From the NCBI GenBank assembly GCA_036229005.1, contig JAZAMN010000031.1, positions 32,001 through 96,000 of the forward strand: 64,000 nt of DNA. Direction: 5' to 3'. This stretch comes from Myxococcota bacterium. Its GTDB lineage: Bacteria > Myxococcota_A > UBA796 > CAJQPC01. A program made the translations under genes and the position numbers. Shown here piece after piece: positions 1 through 8,807 of this stretch. Numbering within the stretch: position 1 is the first letter of the stretch; each line of letters opens with the position of its first letter. Under the pieces are notes generated by a model, which worked only from the letters and a program-made list of their open reading frames with translations, made no database searches and was not told where the DNA came from.

Positions 1-443
1 CCCGTAAGCCGGGTCCTGTTCCTCCCTTGGGTCACCCCGACAGGAGGCAGCGTTCATTCGTCTAGGGCCCCTGTTGCCAGAGGCCTCGAGCGGTCCACCG
101 GAGAGACGGGGACGGGCCGCCCACTGCTCTCACTTCGACCTTGCACCAGCTGGGGTTTACCTGGCCGCCCCTGTCACCAGGAGCGCCGGTGGGCTCTTAC
201 TCCACCGTTTCGACCTTACCCGGAGACTGGCTCCGCCGGTCCTGCGCGGCCCCGTGCCCTTGTGCTCAAGGGATTGGCCCGCGTGGGTGCCGGAGCGGGT
301 CTTGCGACCCCTGGCGGTTCTGCTTTCTGTTGCACTTGCCTTCGAGTCACCTCGACCGGCCGTTAGCCGGCAACCTGCCCTGCGGTGCCCGGACTTTCCT
401 CCCGTGGCGGATGCCACCGGCGAACGCCTGGTCCACTTCAACC
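1..443 (-). ncRNA. rnpB: RNase P RNA, bacterial type A (3' end cut by the window edge; 5' end approximate)
   Basis: Reverse complement has the conserved GAGGAAAGTCCGGGC, AGTGCAACAGAAAG..ACCGCC, GGTAAACCCC and AACAGGACCCGGCTTAC motifs. Confidence 0.96.
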
Positions 444-511
444 CCCCGCTGATAACAAGCGCGCCCGCTTTGGGCAGGTCCGGGGCGGCGCTCGGCGCAT
501 GGAGCGGGTGC

Positions 512-1207
512 TCAGCGGATCTCGCCCAGGATGCGGCCGCAGTGGCGGCAGAACATGACCTCGACCGCGCGGCGGTGGTCGGAGAGGTCGGTCGCGTTGA
601 CCTGCATGTTGCAGCCCCCGCAGGCGTCGCCGTTGACCGGCACGATGGCCGGACGCCGCTTCTTGCGCAGGTTGTCGTAGCGCTGGAGCAGATCCCGCCA
701 GATGCCCTCCCGGGCCGCGTCCCGCTCGGCCGTGGCCGCGTCGAACTCCGCCTTCAAGCTGGGGTAGCGATCGTCGTAGGCCCTCTGGGCGCCCTGGTGC
801 TGGCTGCTGACCAGCGCCTGGGTCTGGGTGGCGCGCTCCAGCGCCTCGGTGGCCTCGTCCAGGGCCTCCATCAGCTCCAGCTCCTGGGTCTCCAGATCGT
901 CCAGGATCTGGCTGCACTTCTGGAACTGCGCGGTGGCCGCCTCGTAGTCGCCGATGCCCTGATCGATGCTGCGCTGCGCCCGGTCGCGCTGCTTCTCGTA
1001 GGTCTCGGCCTGGCGGTGGACCTCCTTCTCCTGGGTCTTGAGCTCCGCGAGCCTGGCGGTGGCCTCGCTGAGCACCTGCTCCGCCTTGACCGCAGCCTCC
1101 GCCCGGTCGGCGATCCGCGCCTTGAGCCCGCGAGACTCCTCCAACAGGGCGTCCCGGGCCAGGTCCTTTCGCCAGAGGGCCTCAAGCTTGAGTGAGTCTT
1201 CGTGCAC
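512..1207 (-). CDS. Coiled-coil protein with C-terminal C4 zinc ribbon (DUF164/zf-RING_7 type)
   Basis: Long coiled coil, then CGGCNM...CRHCGRIL; GTG start after GGAGG; this family commonly lies next to rnpB. Confidence 0.88.
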   Translation of the reverse strand: MHEDSLKLEALWRKDLARDALLEESRGLKARIADRAEAAVKAEQVLSEATARLAELKTQEKEVHRQAETYEKQRDRAQRSIDQGIGDYEAATAQFQKCSQILDDLETQELELMEALDEATEALERATQTQALVSSQHQGAQRAYDDRYPSLKAEFDAATAERDAAREGIWRDLLQRYDNLRKKRRPAIVPVNGDACGGCNMQVNATDLSDHRRAVEVMFCRHCGRILGEIR

Positions 1208-1288
1208 CGCTGCCTCCGCGCGCCCCGGGCTTGGGGCCGTCCGGAGAGTGTACCCGCGGCGGCCATCGCCGGTTAGTCCACCCCGCGC

Positions 1289-1362
1289 GGGCCTATAGCT
1301 CAATTGGTCAGAGCATCCGGCTCATACCCGGCGGGTTCCAGGTTCGAGTCCTGGTGGGCCTA
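1289..1362 (+). tRNA. tRNA with CAU anticodon, probably tRNA-Ile2 (lysidine) rather than Met; CCA not encoded
   Basis: GGGCCTA/TGGGCCT acceptor stem, D arm AGCTCAATTGGTCAGAGC, loop CTCATAC, T arm CCAGGTTCGAGTCCTGG; C4-G69 and C5-G68 pairs as in TilS substrates. Confidence 0.92.
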
Positions 1363-1462
1363 TACCGGGGGCGCAGTCCCAGAACGCGGGCTGCGTCCCC
1401 ATTCACGCGTGCAAGGGAGGGAAGGTGGCCCCGTCCCGGTAGCCACTGGTAGACTGGGTCCC

Positions 1463-1939
1463 ATGCTTGTTCTTTTTTGCGCTATCACCTGGGCTATCAC
1501 GCAAACTCAGTTTGAGGACTGGAAGCTAACTGAAGCGGAGGAGTGGTCCAGCGCCTCTACCCAGTCCCGAAGAGGAACCCCGGGAATCGGCATTGGGGCG
1601 GGCTGTGAGTCAGGCGTGCTCAACCTCTCGCTAACGAATGTCGCACTTCTAATGACCGGCCAAGTTGGGTATCAGACCCACCTCAGCTACGACGGTGGTG
1701 AGGTCTGGCATGAAGTCGACGACATGAACGTCGGCGTCGAACACCTCGACAGGTGGATGGACCCCAAGACTACGGTGGTTCACGTCCGCTGGACGATTCG
1801 CGAAGGCACGGTGTTCGAGGAGTTCAGTATGGCCGGGGCAGCGGAGGCCCTGACGCCGGTGGCCACCCGCTGCGGGGTGCCGATTCCGGTTTCGAAGCCG
1901 CAACCATCCGCCGACGGCTCTCCCTGGGGACCGCTGTGA
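1463..1939 (+). CDS. Hypothetical secreted protein
   Basis: ATG 7 nt after TAGACT, short hydrophobic N-terminus MLVLFCAITWA, more A/T-ending codons than neighbours. Confidence 0.6.
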   Translation: MLVLFCAITWAITQTQFEDWKLTEAEEWSSASTQSRRGTPGIGIGAGCESGVLNLSLTNVALLMTGQVGYQTHLSYDGGEVWHEVDDMNVGVEHLDRWMDPKTTVVHVRWTIREGTVFEEFSMAGAAEALTPVATRCGVPIPVSKPQPSADGSPWGPL

Positions 1940-2091
1940 GAATCTCAATTGCTACACACATGCCGTGGCTGTCTCGCGAAGTCGCCAACCCTCGACGTGA
2001 ACTGGACGAGAAGTAGCCTGGGCGAAAAGGTGGAGCGGTTCCCCTCACTTTCCGCCGGTCGTTGGAGGCTGGCCCCTCCCCCGCTGAGCGC

Positions 2092-2334
2092 TCACCCCGG
2101 GAGCCCCGACCCCAGCGCCTGATAGCGCCAGCCCTCCATCAGGCTCTCGCCGTCCTCCGTCGTCTCGCTGTAGCTGACCTTCTCGATCCAGTCGCCGGGC
2201 ATCTCCGCCACCTCCTGGCGGGTCTCGCGGATGGCCCGGGCCAGCTCCGGCTGGATGGGCTGCCAGTAGGTGATCTGGTCGTCGAGCGCCTGGAGGACGG
2301 TCGCCTTGGGGAGGATGTGGAGGGTCTGCGCCAT
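2092..2334 (-). CDS. Small hypothetical protein (80 aa)
   Basis: MAQTLHILPK..., host-like codon usage, TATGAT 6 nt upstream of ATG. Confidence 0.65.
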   Translation of the reverse strand: MAQTLHILPKATVLQALDDQITYWQPIQPELARAIRETRQEVAEMPGDWIEKVSYSETTEDGESLMEGWRYQALGSGLPG

Positions 2335-2418
2335 GGCCGCATCATAGGCACGCCCCTGCGCTGCGTCAGCCCCCCGCCTGACCCTGCAACCCCAGCGGCT
2401 TAGCAGAATCCCTGCACC

Positions 2419-4590
2419 ATGGACTTCTCCCCCCGAAATGGCCTGCGCCCCCGACCGATCCTGGACCGCCGCCACCAGAGCACGGTCCCCGGGGTCTATG
2501 TCGCCGGCGATCTGGCCGACGCCCCCGTCATCAAGCTGGCGATGCACCAGGGCGCCCAGCTCGCCCGCCAGATCTGGGACCAGGACCTCCGCGCCACCTC
2601 CACAGACGACCCCGAGCTGCTCGACCTGCTGATCGTCGGCGCTGGCCCCGCAGGCATCGGCGCCGCCCTGGAGCTGCTGGACACCCCCGCCCGGATCCGG
2701 GTCCTGGAGAAGGACCGCCCCTTCTCCACCCTGCGCGCCTTCCCCGCCGGAAAGGTGCTCTTCGCCGAGCCCCGCACCCTCCCCACCCCCGGTGGCCTCC
2801 CCTTCGAGGACGGCAGGACCGAGGAGCTGCTGGCCCAGTGGGACCGCTTCCTGGACCACCGCTCCCTGCCTCTGGAGCGCTCGGAGCTCCTGGGACTGGA
2901 GCCCACCGGCGAGGTCATCCTGGCGCAGACCGCCCAAGGCCCCGTGCGCTGCCGGCGCGTGCTCCTGGCCACCGGCCGCCGCGGACAGCCCAACACCCTG
3001 GGCGTCCCCGGCGAGCAGCGGGTGCGCTACCAGCTCGCCGACCCCGCGCAGCACAGCGGTCAGCGCGTGCTGGTCGTGGGCGGCGGGGACTCGGCGGTGG
3101 AGGCCGCCTGCGATCTGGCCGAGGCCGGCGCGGACGTCACCCTGAGCTACCGCCGGGCGCAGCTCTCCCGGCCCAAGCCCAAGAACAAGGCGCGCATCCA
3201 GGACGCGAGCGAGCGCGGGCTGCTCAAGCTGGAGCTCGGCACCACGGTGACCTCGGTGGGGGCGCAGAGTGTGACGCTGGCGCGCGGGGACCAGCCCGTC
3301 GAGGTGGTGAGCGACGAGGTGTTGGTGCAGGCCGGCGCCCGCTTGCCCACCCCCTTCCTGCACAAGCTGGGGCTGCGGGCCGAGGGCGAGCGCACCTGGC
3401 TGCAGTGGGCGTGGATGCCCTTCTTCGCGCTGCTGGTCTACGCGTTCTACGTGCTCAAGTCGGGCACCGACTACGACGCCGAGCTGGGGATGCACGTGGC
3501 CAAGAAGGCCTTCTTCCCCTTTGGGCCCGGCCAGCCGCTGGACTTCGTGCCGGACCTGCTGCACGTGGACCTGGGCTTCCGCGAGGTGGACGGCGCGTTC
3601 TGGGGGACCGCGCTCTACTCTGGGTTGATCCTGGTCTTTGGGCTTCGCGCGATGTGGCGCTACCGGGAGAGCCGGGTGCAGCGCTGGCGCTACCTGTCGC
3701 TGATCAGCTTCCAGCTCCTGTTCCTGTTCGGCATCCCCGAGCTGCTCGCGCCGGCCATCATCCACGCCGGCGGCGAGGGCGGCTGGGCCTGGCAGCTCTT
3801 TGGCGGCGACCGCGCCTGGAAGCTCTACAGCATCACGGTCCCCTGGCCGCTCAACATCTGGGCGCTGATCGACGCGCCCGCCTGGATGGCCACCGAGAGC
3901 GCCGTCACCGCAGGGCTCTGGCTGGCCGTGGCCGCGCTGGTCAGCTTCGTGGGCATCCCGCTCTTTGTGTGGCGCCACGGCGAGCGCTTCTGCTCCTGGG
4001 CCTGCGGCTGCGGCGGGCTCGCGGAGACCCTGGGCGATCTGTGGCGCCACCTGGCCCCGCGCGGCGCCGACGCCATCAAGGCCGAGTGGGCTGGGCGCGC
4101 CATCTTCTTCCTGGCCATCCCCACCACCGCCCTGCTGGTGGCCGACGCCTGGGGCCTGCTCTGGCACGGCCTGGGCAGCGTGAAGGGCTTCGCCGGCTGG
4201 TGGTACCCCCTGATGGTGGACTTCTGGCTGGCCAGCGTGGTCGGCGTCGCGCTCTACCCGCTGCTGGGCAACCGCGTGTGGTGCCGCTTCTTCTGCCCGC
4301 TGCGGGCCTACATGGAGCTGCTGGCGCGGCGCTTCTCCAGGGTGGGCATCCAGGCGGACGACACCTGCATCTCCTGCGGCGAGTGCACCCGCTACTGCCA
4401 GATGGGCATCGACGTGGAGTCCTACGCCCAGCAGCAGCGCCCCCTGGACAACCGCAGCAGCTCCTGCATCCAGTGCGGCATCTGCATCGAGGTCTGCCCG
4501 ATGGACGTGCTCTCCATCGGGGAGGCGGGCGCGCCGGTGCAGATCCAGGTGGGCGCGGTGGCCCCGGGGCCGAGCTCCTGTCGGCGCTGA
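2419..4590 (+). CDS. TrxR/YpdA-like NAD(P)/FAD oxidoreductase fused to a polytopic membrane domain and a 2x[4Fe-4S] domain
   Basis: IVGAGPAG, LATG and VVGGGDSA motifs; several TM helices; CSWACGC, WCRFFCP, CISCGECTRYC, CIQCGICIEVC. Confidence 0.85.
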   Translation: MDFSPRNGLRPRPILDRRHQSTVPGVYVAGDLADAPVIKLAMHQGAQLARQIWDQDLRATSTDDPELLDLLIVGAGPAGIGAALELLDTPARIRVLEKDRPFSTLRAFPAGKVLFAEPRTLPTPGGLPFEDGRTEELLAQWDRFLDHRSLPLERSELLGLEPTGEVILAQTAQGPVRCRRVLLATGRRGQPNTLGVPGEQRVRYQLADPAQHSGQRVLVVGGGDSAVEAACDLAEAGADVTLSYRRAQLSRPKPKNKARIQDASERGLLKLELGTTVTSVGAQSVTLARGDQPVEVVSDEVLVQAGARLPTPFLHKLGLRAEGERTWLQWAWMPFFALLVYAFYVLKSGTDYDAELGMHVAKKAFFPFGPGQPLDFVPDLLHVDLGFREVDGAFWGTALYSGLILVFGLRAMWRYRESRVQRWRYLSLISFQLLFLFGIPELLAPAIIHAGGEGGWAWQLFGGDRAWKLYSITVPWPLNIWALIDAPAWMATESAVTAGLWLAVAALVSFVGIPLFVWRHGERFCSWACGCGGLAETLGDLWRHLAPRGADAIKAEWAGRAIFFLAIPTTALLVADAWGLLWHGLGSVKGFAGWWYPLMVDFWLASVVGVALYPLLGNRVWCRFFCPLRAYMELLARRFSRVGIQADDTCISCGECTRYCQMGIDVESYAQQQRPLDNRSSSCIQCGICIEVCPMDVLSIGEAGAPVQIQVGAVAPGPSSCRR

Positions 4591-4632
4591 GGGGTGGCGG
4601 CGAGCGCCCGGCAGCGCGTGTAGACTCCGGCC

Positions 4633-5508
4633 ATGATCTGGTTTGTCCTCGCCTGCACCGCAGAGCCTGAGCCGGCCCCGGAGGCCCCGCCCGTCCAAGC
4701 GGTGGAGACCCCCGTGGAGACCGCCCCAGAGCCCCTCGCCACCCAACAGCAGGAGCTGCCGCCCGGGGTGGACCTGCCCTGGCCCGCCGAGCTGCCCTGC
4801 GCCCAGTTCCAGAGCGTCCAGCTCACCCAGGCCTGGCTCTCCGACCCTCAAGGCGAGGCCATCGTCTCCCCCGGCCACGAGACGGCGCGCTACGTGGCGG
4901 CCAGCGGCTTCTCCCCCAAGGCGGTGGGCCAGCTCCACCCCGAGAGCGACCGCGCCCACCTGCAGGCCCAGTGCTCCGACCCCCGCGAGGCCCTGCATTG
5001 GGTGTGCACCCTGGAGGGCTGCACGCTGGAGGTCCAGCGCATCGCCGAGCGCCCCTCTCCACCAACCGCTTGGGCCAACGCCGACTTTGACGCCCTCTCC
5101 CGCAGCACCCCCAAGCCGGGGGACCCCAAGCTCCGCACGCTGGTCGAGCAGGGGAAGGGAGCGATGATCGGGCTGCTTCAGGGCTGTCAGGCCCAACACT
5201 GCAACAGCCAGGAGCTGGTCACCCGCCTGGAGGGACTCTCGACCGCCGGCGAGGCCACGCTGAGGCAGACCGCCCCCTGGAAGATGGCCTACACCGAGGG
5301 CGCGCAGGAGCTGCTGCTGAGCTGCACGCCACAGTCCTGTCAGCTCCAGGTCTTTGACGCGCAGGGCTACCTGGGGCGCCTCGACATCAGCGCGGAGGCC
5401 ACGGCGCTGTACCTGCCCGGCGGCGACCGGCTGGACTACCGGGAGTCGCGGAATGGCCCCCGGGTGGCGTTCACGGGGACCCTGGCTCAGGCGCCGGCTT
5501 CACCGTGA
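4633..5508 (+). CDS. Hypothetical lipoprotein
   Basis: MIWFVLAC lipobox-like start, Pro/Glu linker, Cys pairs. Confidence 0.7.
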   Translation: MIWFVLACTAEPEPAPEAPPVQAVETPVETAPEPLATQQQELPPGVDLPWPAELPCAQFQSVQLTQAWLSDPQGEAIVSPGHETARYVAASGFSPKAVGQLHPESDRAHLQAQCSDPREALHWVCTLEGCTLEVQRIAERPSPPTAWANADFDALSRSTPKPGDPKLRTLVEQGKGAMIGLLQGCQAQHCNSQELVTRLEGLSTAGEATLRQTAPWKMAYTEGAQELLLSCTPQSCQLQVFDAQGYLGRLDISAEATALYLPGGDRLDYRESRNGPRVAFTGTLAQAPASP

Positions 5509-7159
5509 AGCGGTAGGTCTGGGCCGCCGCGCGCAGGGCCTTGGGGTCGTGCCGGTGGGCGGTGGTCATCCGGTCGGCCTCCCAGGCGTAGGGGGCGTCG
5601 TTGAGCAGGATGCGGCCCTCGGCCAGCGCGCGGGTGGTGGTGTCCAGAGGGAGCGCGCGGGTGTCGCGGATCAAGGCGACGAAGCGGGCCTGGCGCTCCA
5701 GGGTCTGGAAGGAGAACTCGTAGCGCGCGGTGTAGGCCACGTGGAACCAGCTCGGCTGCATGGCGACGCCGGCCATGCCCAGGCGGCGGGCCATGCGACG
5801 CAGGACCTCGCCGGCCTCCAGGGCCATGCCCAGCCCGGGGGCGTCCTGGCCGGGGAGCCTGGGCCGCCGGTGGGTGAACTGCCCGTGGGGGTTGCGCAGG
5901 GTGAGCCAGTGCACGAACAGGTAGGGCTCGCCGTCGATGGTCTCGGCGGAGAGGGTGGACTCGACCAACATGTGGCGCTCGCCCTCGGACTCGCCGATGA
6001 GCCGCATGCGGTCGCCCATGGGCAGCGCGTCGACCAGCACCTCGAAGCGCCGGAAGCCCAGGCGCTGCAGGTGGTCCAGGAAGCCGTACTCGTAGAGCGC
6101 GTGCTCGATGCCCTCGGCGGTGTAGTACCCCAGCATGCGGTCGCCGCTGCGGCCGTGGCCCAGCTCCTCGGCGATGCCGTAGCTGAGGTCGTCGTGGGCG
6201 AGCTGCTCTTCGCGCAGGCCGTGCCCGATGGCGGCGAAGCGGGCGCGCAGGGGGTTGAAGTCGGCGTCGATGACGGCGTTGCGCCCCAGGCCCACGGTGA
6301 CGGCGGTCCCGGCCAGGGCCCGCCACGCGTCGCGGCCCCCTCCCCCACCGGGCAAGTAGAGGCGGGAGCGGGAGGCCAGGGCCTGCTCCACCTTGAGGTC
6401 CCGCTCGCGCAGGGCGGCCAGGTCCAGATCGGGTCCCACCCCGGAGGCCAGGGCCTCGCTGCCGCACACCACAATGGTCAGGGCGCCCCGCGGCATCTCG
6501 TCCAGGGTCTGGTCCAGGGCCTCCAGCCACTGCTCGGCGCTGCCGCTGGGCGCCTTGTCGGAGACGCGGGCGGTCCAGACCTTGGGGACGCCCTCCAGGC
6601 AGGCGCGCAGGCCGGTGATGGGGGCCTCGCCGAGCTGGAGGACCACGACCTGGCCCCGAAAGCCCTCGGAGCGCAGGGCGGCGATCGCGGTGGCCACGTC
6701 GTTGAGCTGCGCGAGCCCGATTCCGCCGCGGGGGCCGGCCTCCACCCAGCCGCCGAGCAGGTTCAGGGCGGGTCCGCGGGAGCGGAGGGCCTTGCGCGCG
6801 GCCTCCAGGGTGCCGCCGCAGGCCATGCGCAGGGTGTGGGCGAGCTCCACGGCCGATGCGGCCTCGACGGGGGCGCCCAGGTGGGTGGCCAGGGACTCGG
6901 GCTCGCCGAGCTCTTCGAGCAGGTCCCCCTGGTGGACGCGGGCCAGGGAGCGGTAGGAGATGCGGCCGGGCTGGCGCAGCTCGCTGGTGGACATCTTCTC
7001 GGCCTGGGTCAGGTACCAGGCCACCCAGTCCGCGCGGCGCGGATCCACGCCCAGGCGGCGGGCGGACTGCAGCGGCGGCCGGTAGCAGGGGTCGTACCAG
7101 ATCGGCAGGCTGTCCTGGAACCACTGCCCCAAGGCGCCCAGCGGGCTGCTTCGCTTCAT
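5471..7159 (-). CDS. Histone-deacetylase-fold protein with degenerate active site plus C-terminal myxobacterial-type domain
   Basis: WYDPCYR, LARVH, CGGTL.AAR, LND.A.AIAALR scaffold of the HDAC family; C-terminal HWLTLRNP...PRLPGQ..PGLG. Confidence 0.75.
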   Translation of the reverse strand: MKRSSPLGALGQWFQDSLPIWYDPCYRPPLQSARRLGVDPRRADWVAWYLTQAEKMSTSELRQPGRISYRSLARVHQGDLLEELGEPESLATHLGAPVEAASAVELAHTLRMACGGTLEAARKALRSRGPALNLLGGWVEAGPRGGIGLAQLNDVATAIAALRSEGFRGQVVVLQLGEAPITGLRACLEGVPKVWTARVSDKAPSGSAEQWLEALDQTLDEMPRGALTIVVCGSEALASGVGPDLDLAALRERDLKVEQALASRSRLYLPGGGGGRDAWRALAGTAVTVGLGRNAVIDADFNPLRARFAAIGHGLREEQLAHDDLSYGIAEELGHGRSGDRMLGYYTAEGIEHALYEYGFLDHLQRLGFRRFEVLVDALPMGDRMRLIGESEGERHMLVESTLSAETIDGEPYLFVHWLTLRNPHGQFTHRRPRLPGQDAPGLGMALEAGEVLRRMARRLGMAGVAMQPSWFHVAYTARYEFSFQTLERQARFVALIRDTRALPLDTTTRALAEGRILLNDAPYAWEADRMTTAHRHDPKALRAAAQTYRFTVKPAPEPGSP

Positions 7160-7206
7160 CGACCCTCCGCGGGCGGTCGCGCCCGGTCCAGGGTAGCGTG
7201 AATGGG

Positions 7207-8751
7207 ATGTACTTCCCTCTGACTCTGCTCGCTTTTCTGGGCCCTGTTGACCTCGCCTGGGCCGAGATGCCGCTTCACGCTGTGCCCGAAGGGCCGCGGG
7301 TCTGGGTGTTGGAGGTTGAGGACGGGGGCGCCGAACAGCTCGCAGCCCACCTCTCCCGGATCCATCCCGACTGGCACGTCCTGGCAGGGGGGCCCTGGGT
7401 CGAGGTCATCGGTCCGCTGGATCCTGGCGCCCTGGAGGGGCTCGATGGGGTCACGCGCGTCCGGGAGCCCTGGCCGCTGAGCCACAAGCGCACGGAGAGC
7501 GAGGCGCTGGACGAGATCCTGGTGCCGGTGGACTGGGCCGCCCAGGGGCTGACCGGCGACGGCGTGACGGTGGGCATCCTGGATCTGGGCTTCGCCGGAC
7601 TGGACGACCTGCTGGGCGAGGAGCTGCCTGCGGTGGTCGAGGTCTGGGAGGACGGCGTGGGCGCGGGCATCTCCCACGGGACGGCGGTCGCGGAGATCGT
7701 GCACGACGTGGCCCCCGGAGCGACGCTGCGGGTCTACCCCTTCCAGTCCGAGGTGAGCTTCATCGCGGCCCTGGAGGCGGCCGAGCAGGACGGCGTCGAC
7801 GTGATCAACGCGTCCATCGGCTTCGACAACGTGTGGCACGCGGACGGCAGCTCGCCGGTGAGTCAGGCGGTGGATCAGGCCGCAGACGCCGGCATGCTCT
7901 ACGTCGCGGCGGCCGGGAACGAGATCGGGCGCTACCGCATCGGAGCGCTCACCGACAGTGACGGGGACGGCTGGCTGGAGCTGGACGGGGACGAGCGGGT
8001 CAGCCTGGTGAAGATCGCCGGGGAGATCAGCGCGAGCCTGCGCTGGTCGGAGCCCTTTGGAGAGGCGGAGACGGACCTGGAGCTGGTGCTGTTCAACGCC
8101 GTCGGGGAGTGCGCCCGCAGCGAGCAGGACAGCCAGGACCCCTATGTGTCGGTGGCGTGCAGCGAGGGCACCTCGATGGAGGCCGGGATCTGGCTGGCCT
8201 CGGGCGAGCTGCCGGAGACGGGCTGGCTCTACGCGCCCTACGGCGTGCAGGACAGCTACAGCGAGGCCGGGACGCTGACCCTGCCGGCGGACGCAGCGGG
8301 GGCCTTCGCGGTCGGCGCCCTGCGCCTGGGGGAGGATGAGGCGCCGGTCTACAGCTCCCAGGGGCCCACGGACGACGGGCGCATCAAGCCGGACATCGCG
8401 GCGCCCAGCGGGGTGAGCACGGCCAGCTACGGGCTGCTGAACTTCTCCGGGACCTCGGCGGCGGCTCCCCACGTGACCGGCGTCGCGGCGCTGTTGGCGG
8501 AGCACATGCGCCGCGCGCGCCCCGAGGAGCTGACGGCCGCCCTGGTGGACATGGCCCAGGACGTGGGGGAGCCCGGCGTGGACAATGTCAGCGGGGCTGG
8601 GCGGGTGCAGACCGGGGCGCTGCCGGAGCGTTGCGGGTGCTCATCCCGCCCCGGTGGCGGGTCCATGGGAGGGGCCGCGATCCTGGGGCTCTGGCTGCTC
8701 GGCAGGCGGCGTCGTGGGCGGAGTTCCGGGAGATCCAGGGATCAAGGCTGA
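7207..8751 (+). CDS. S8 subtilisin-like serine peptidase with MYXO-CTERM-like sorting signal
   Basis: ILDLG (Asp), SHGTAVA (His), AAAGN, FSGTSAAAPHV (Ser); C-terminus CGCS..TM..RRRR. Confidence 0.92.
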   Translation: MYFPLTLLAFLGPVDLAWAEMPLHAVPEGPRVWVLEVEDGGAEQLAAHLSRIHPDWHVLAGGPWVEVIGPLDPGALEGLDGVTRVREPWPLSHKRTESEALDEILVPVDWAAQGLTGDGVTVGILDLGFAGLDDLLGEELPAVVEVWEDGVGAGISHGTAVAEIVHDVAPGATLRVYPFQSEVSFIAALEAAEQDGVDVINASIGFDNVWHADGSSPVSQAVDQAADAGMLYVAAAGNEIGRYRIGALTDSDGDGWLELDGDERVSLVKIAGEISASLRWSEPFGEAETDLELVLFNAVGECARSEQDSQDPYVSVACSEGTSMEAGIWLASGELPETGWLYAPYGVQDSYSEAGTLTLPADAAGAFAVGALRLGEDEAPVYSSQGPTDDGRIKPDIAAPSGVSTASYGLLNFSGTSAAAPHVTGVAALLAEHMRRARPEELTAALVDMAQDVGEPGVDNVSGAGRVQTGALPERCGCSSRPGGGSMGGAAILGLWLLGRRRRGRSSGRSRDQG

Positions 8752-8807
8752 GAAAGGATTCCGCAAGCTTGCGCCCGCTCTGGGTTGGGTGTAAGAGGGC
8801 GCGGCCC

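Noticed and set aside
74..452. ORFs over the first 450 bp
   Set aside because: The region is rnpB
2092..5199. 1035-aa minus-strand ORF
   Set aside because: Antisense shadow of the oxidoreductase and lipoprotein genes in GC-rich DNA; only the last 80 codons look genuine
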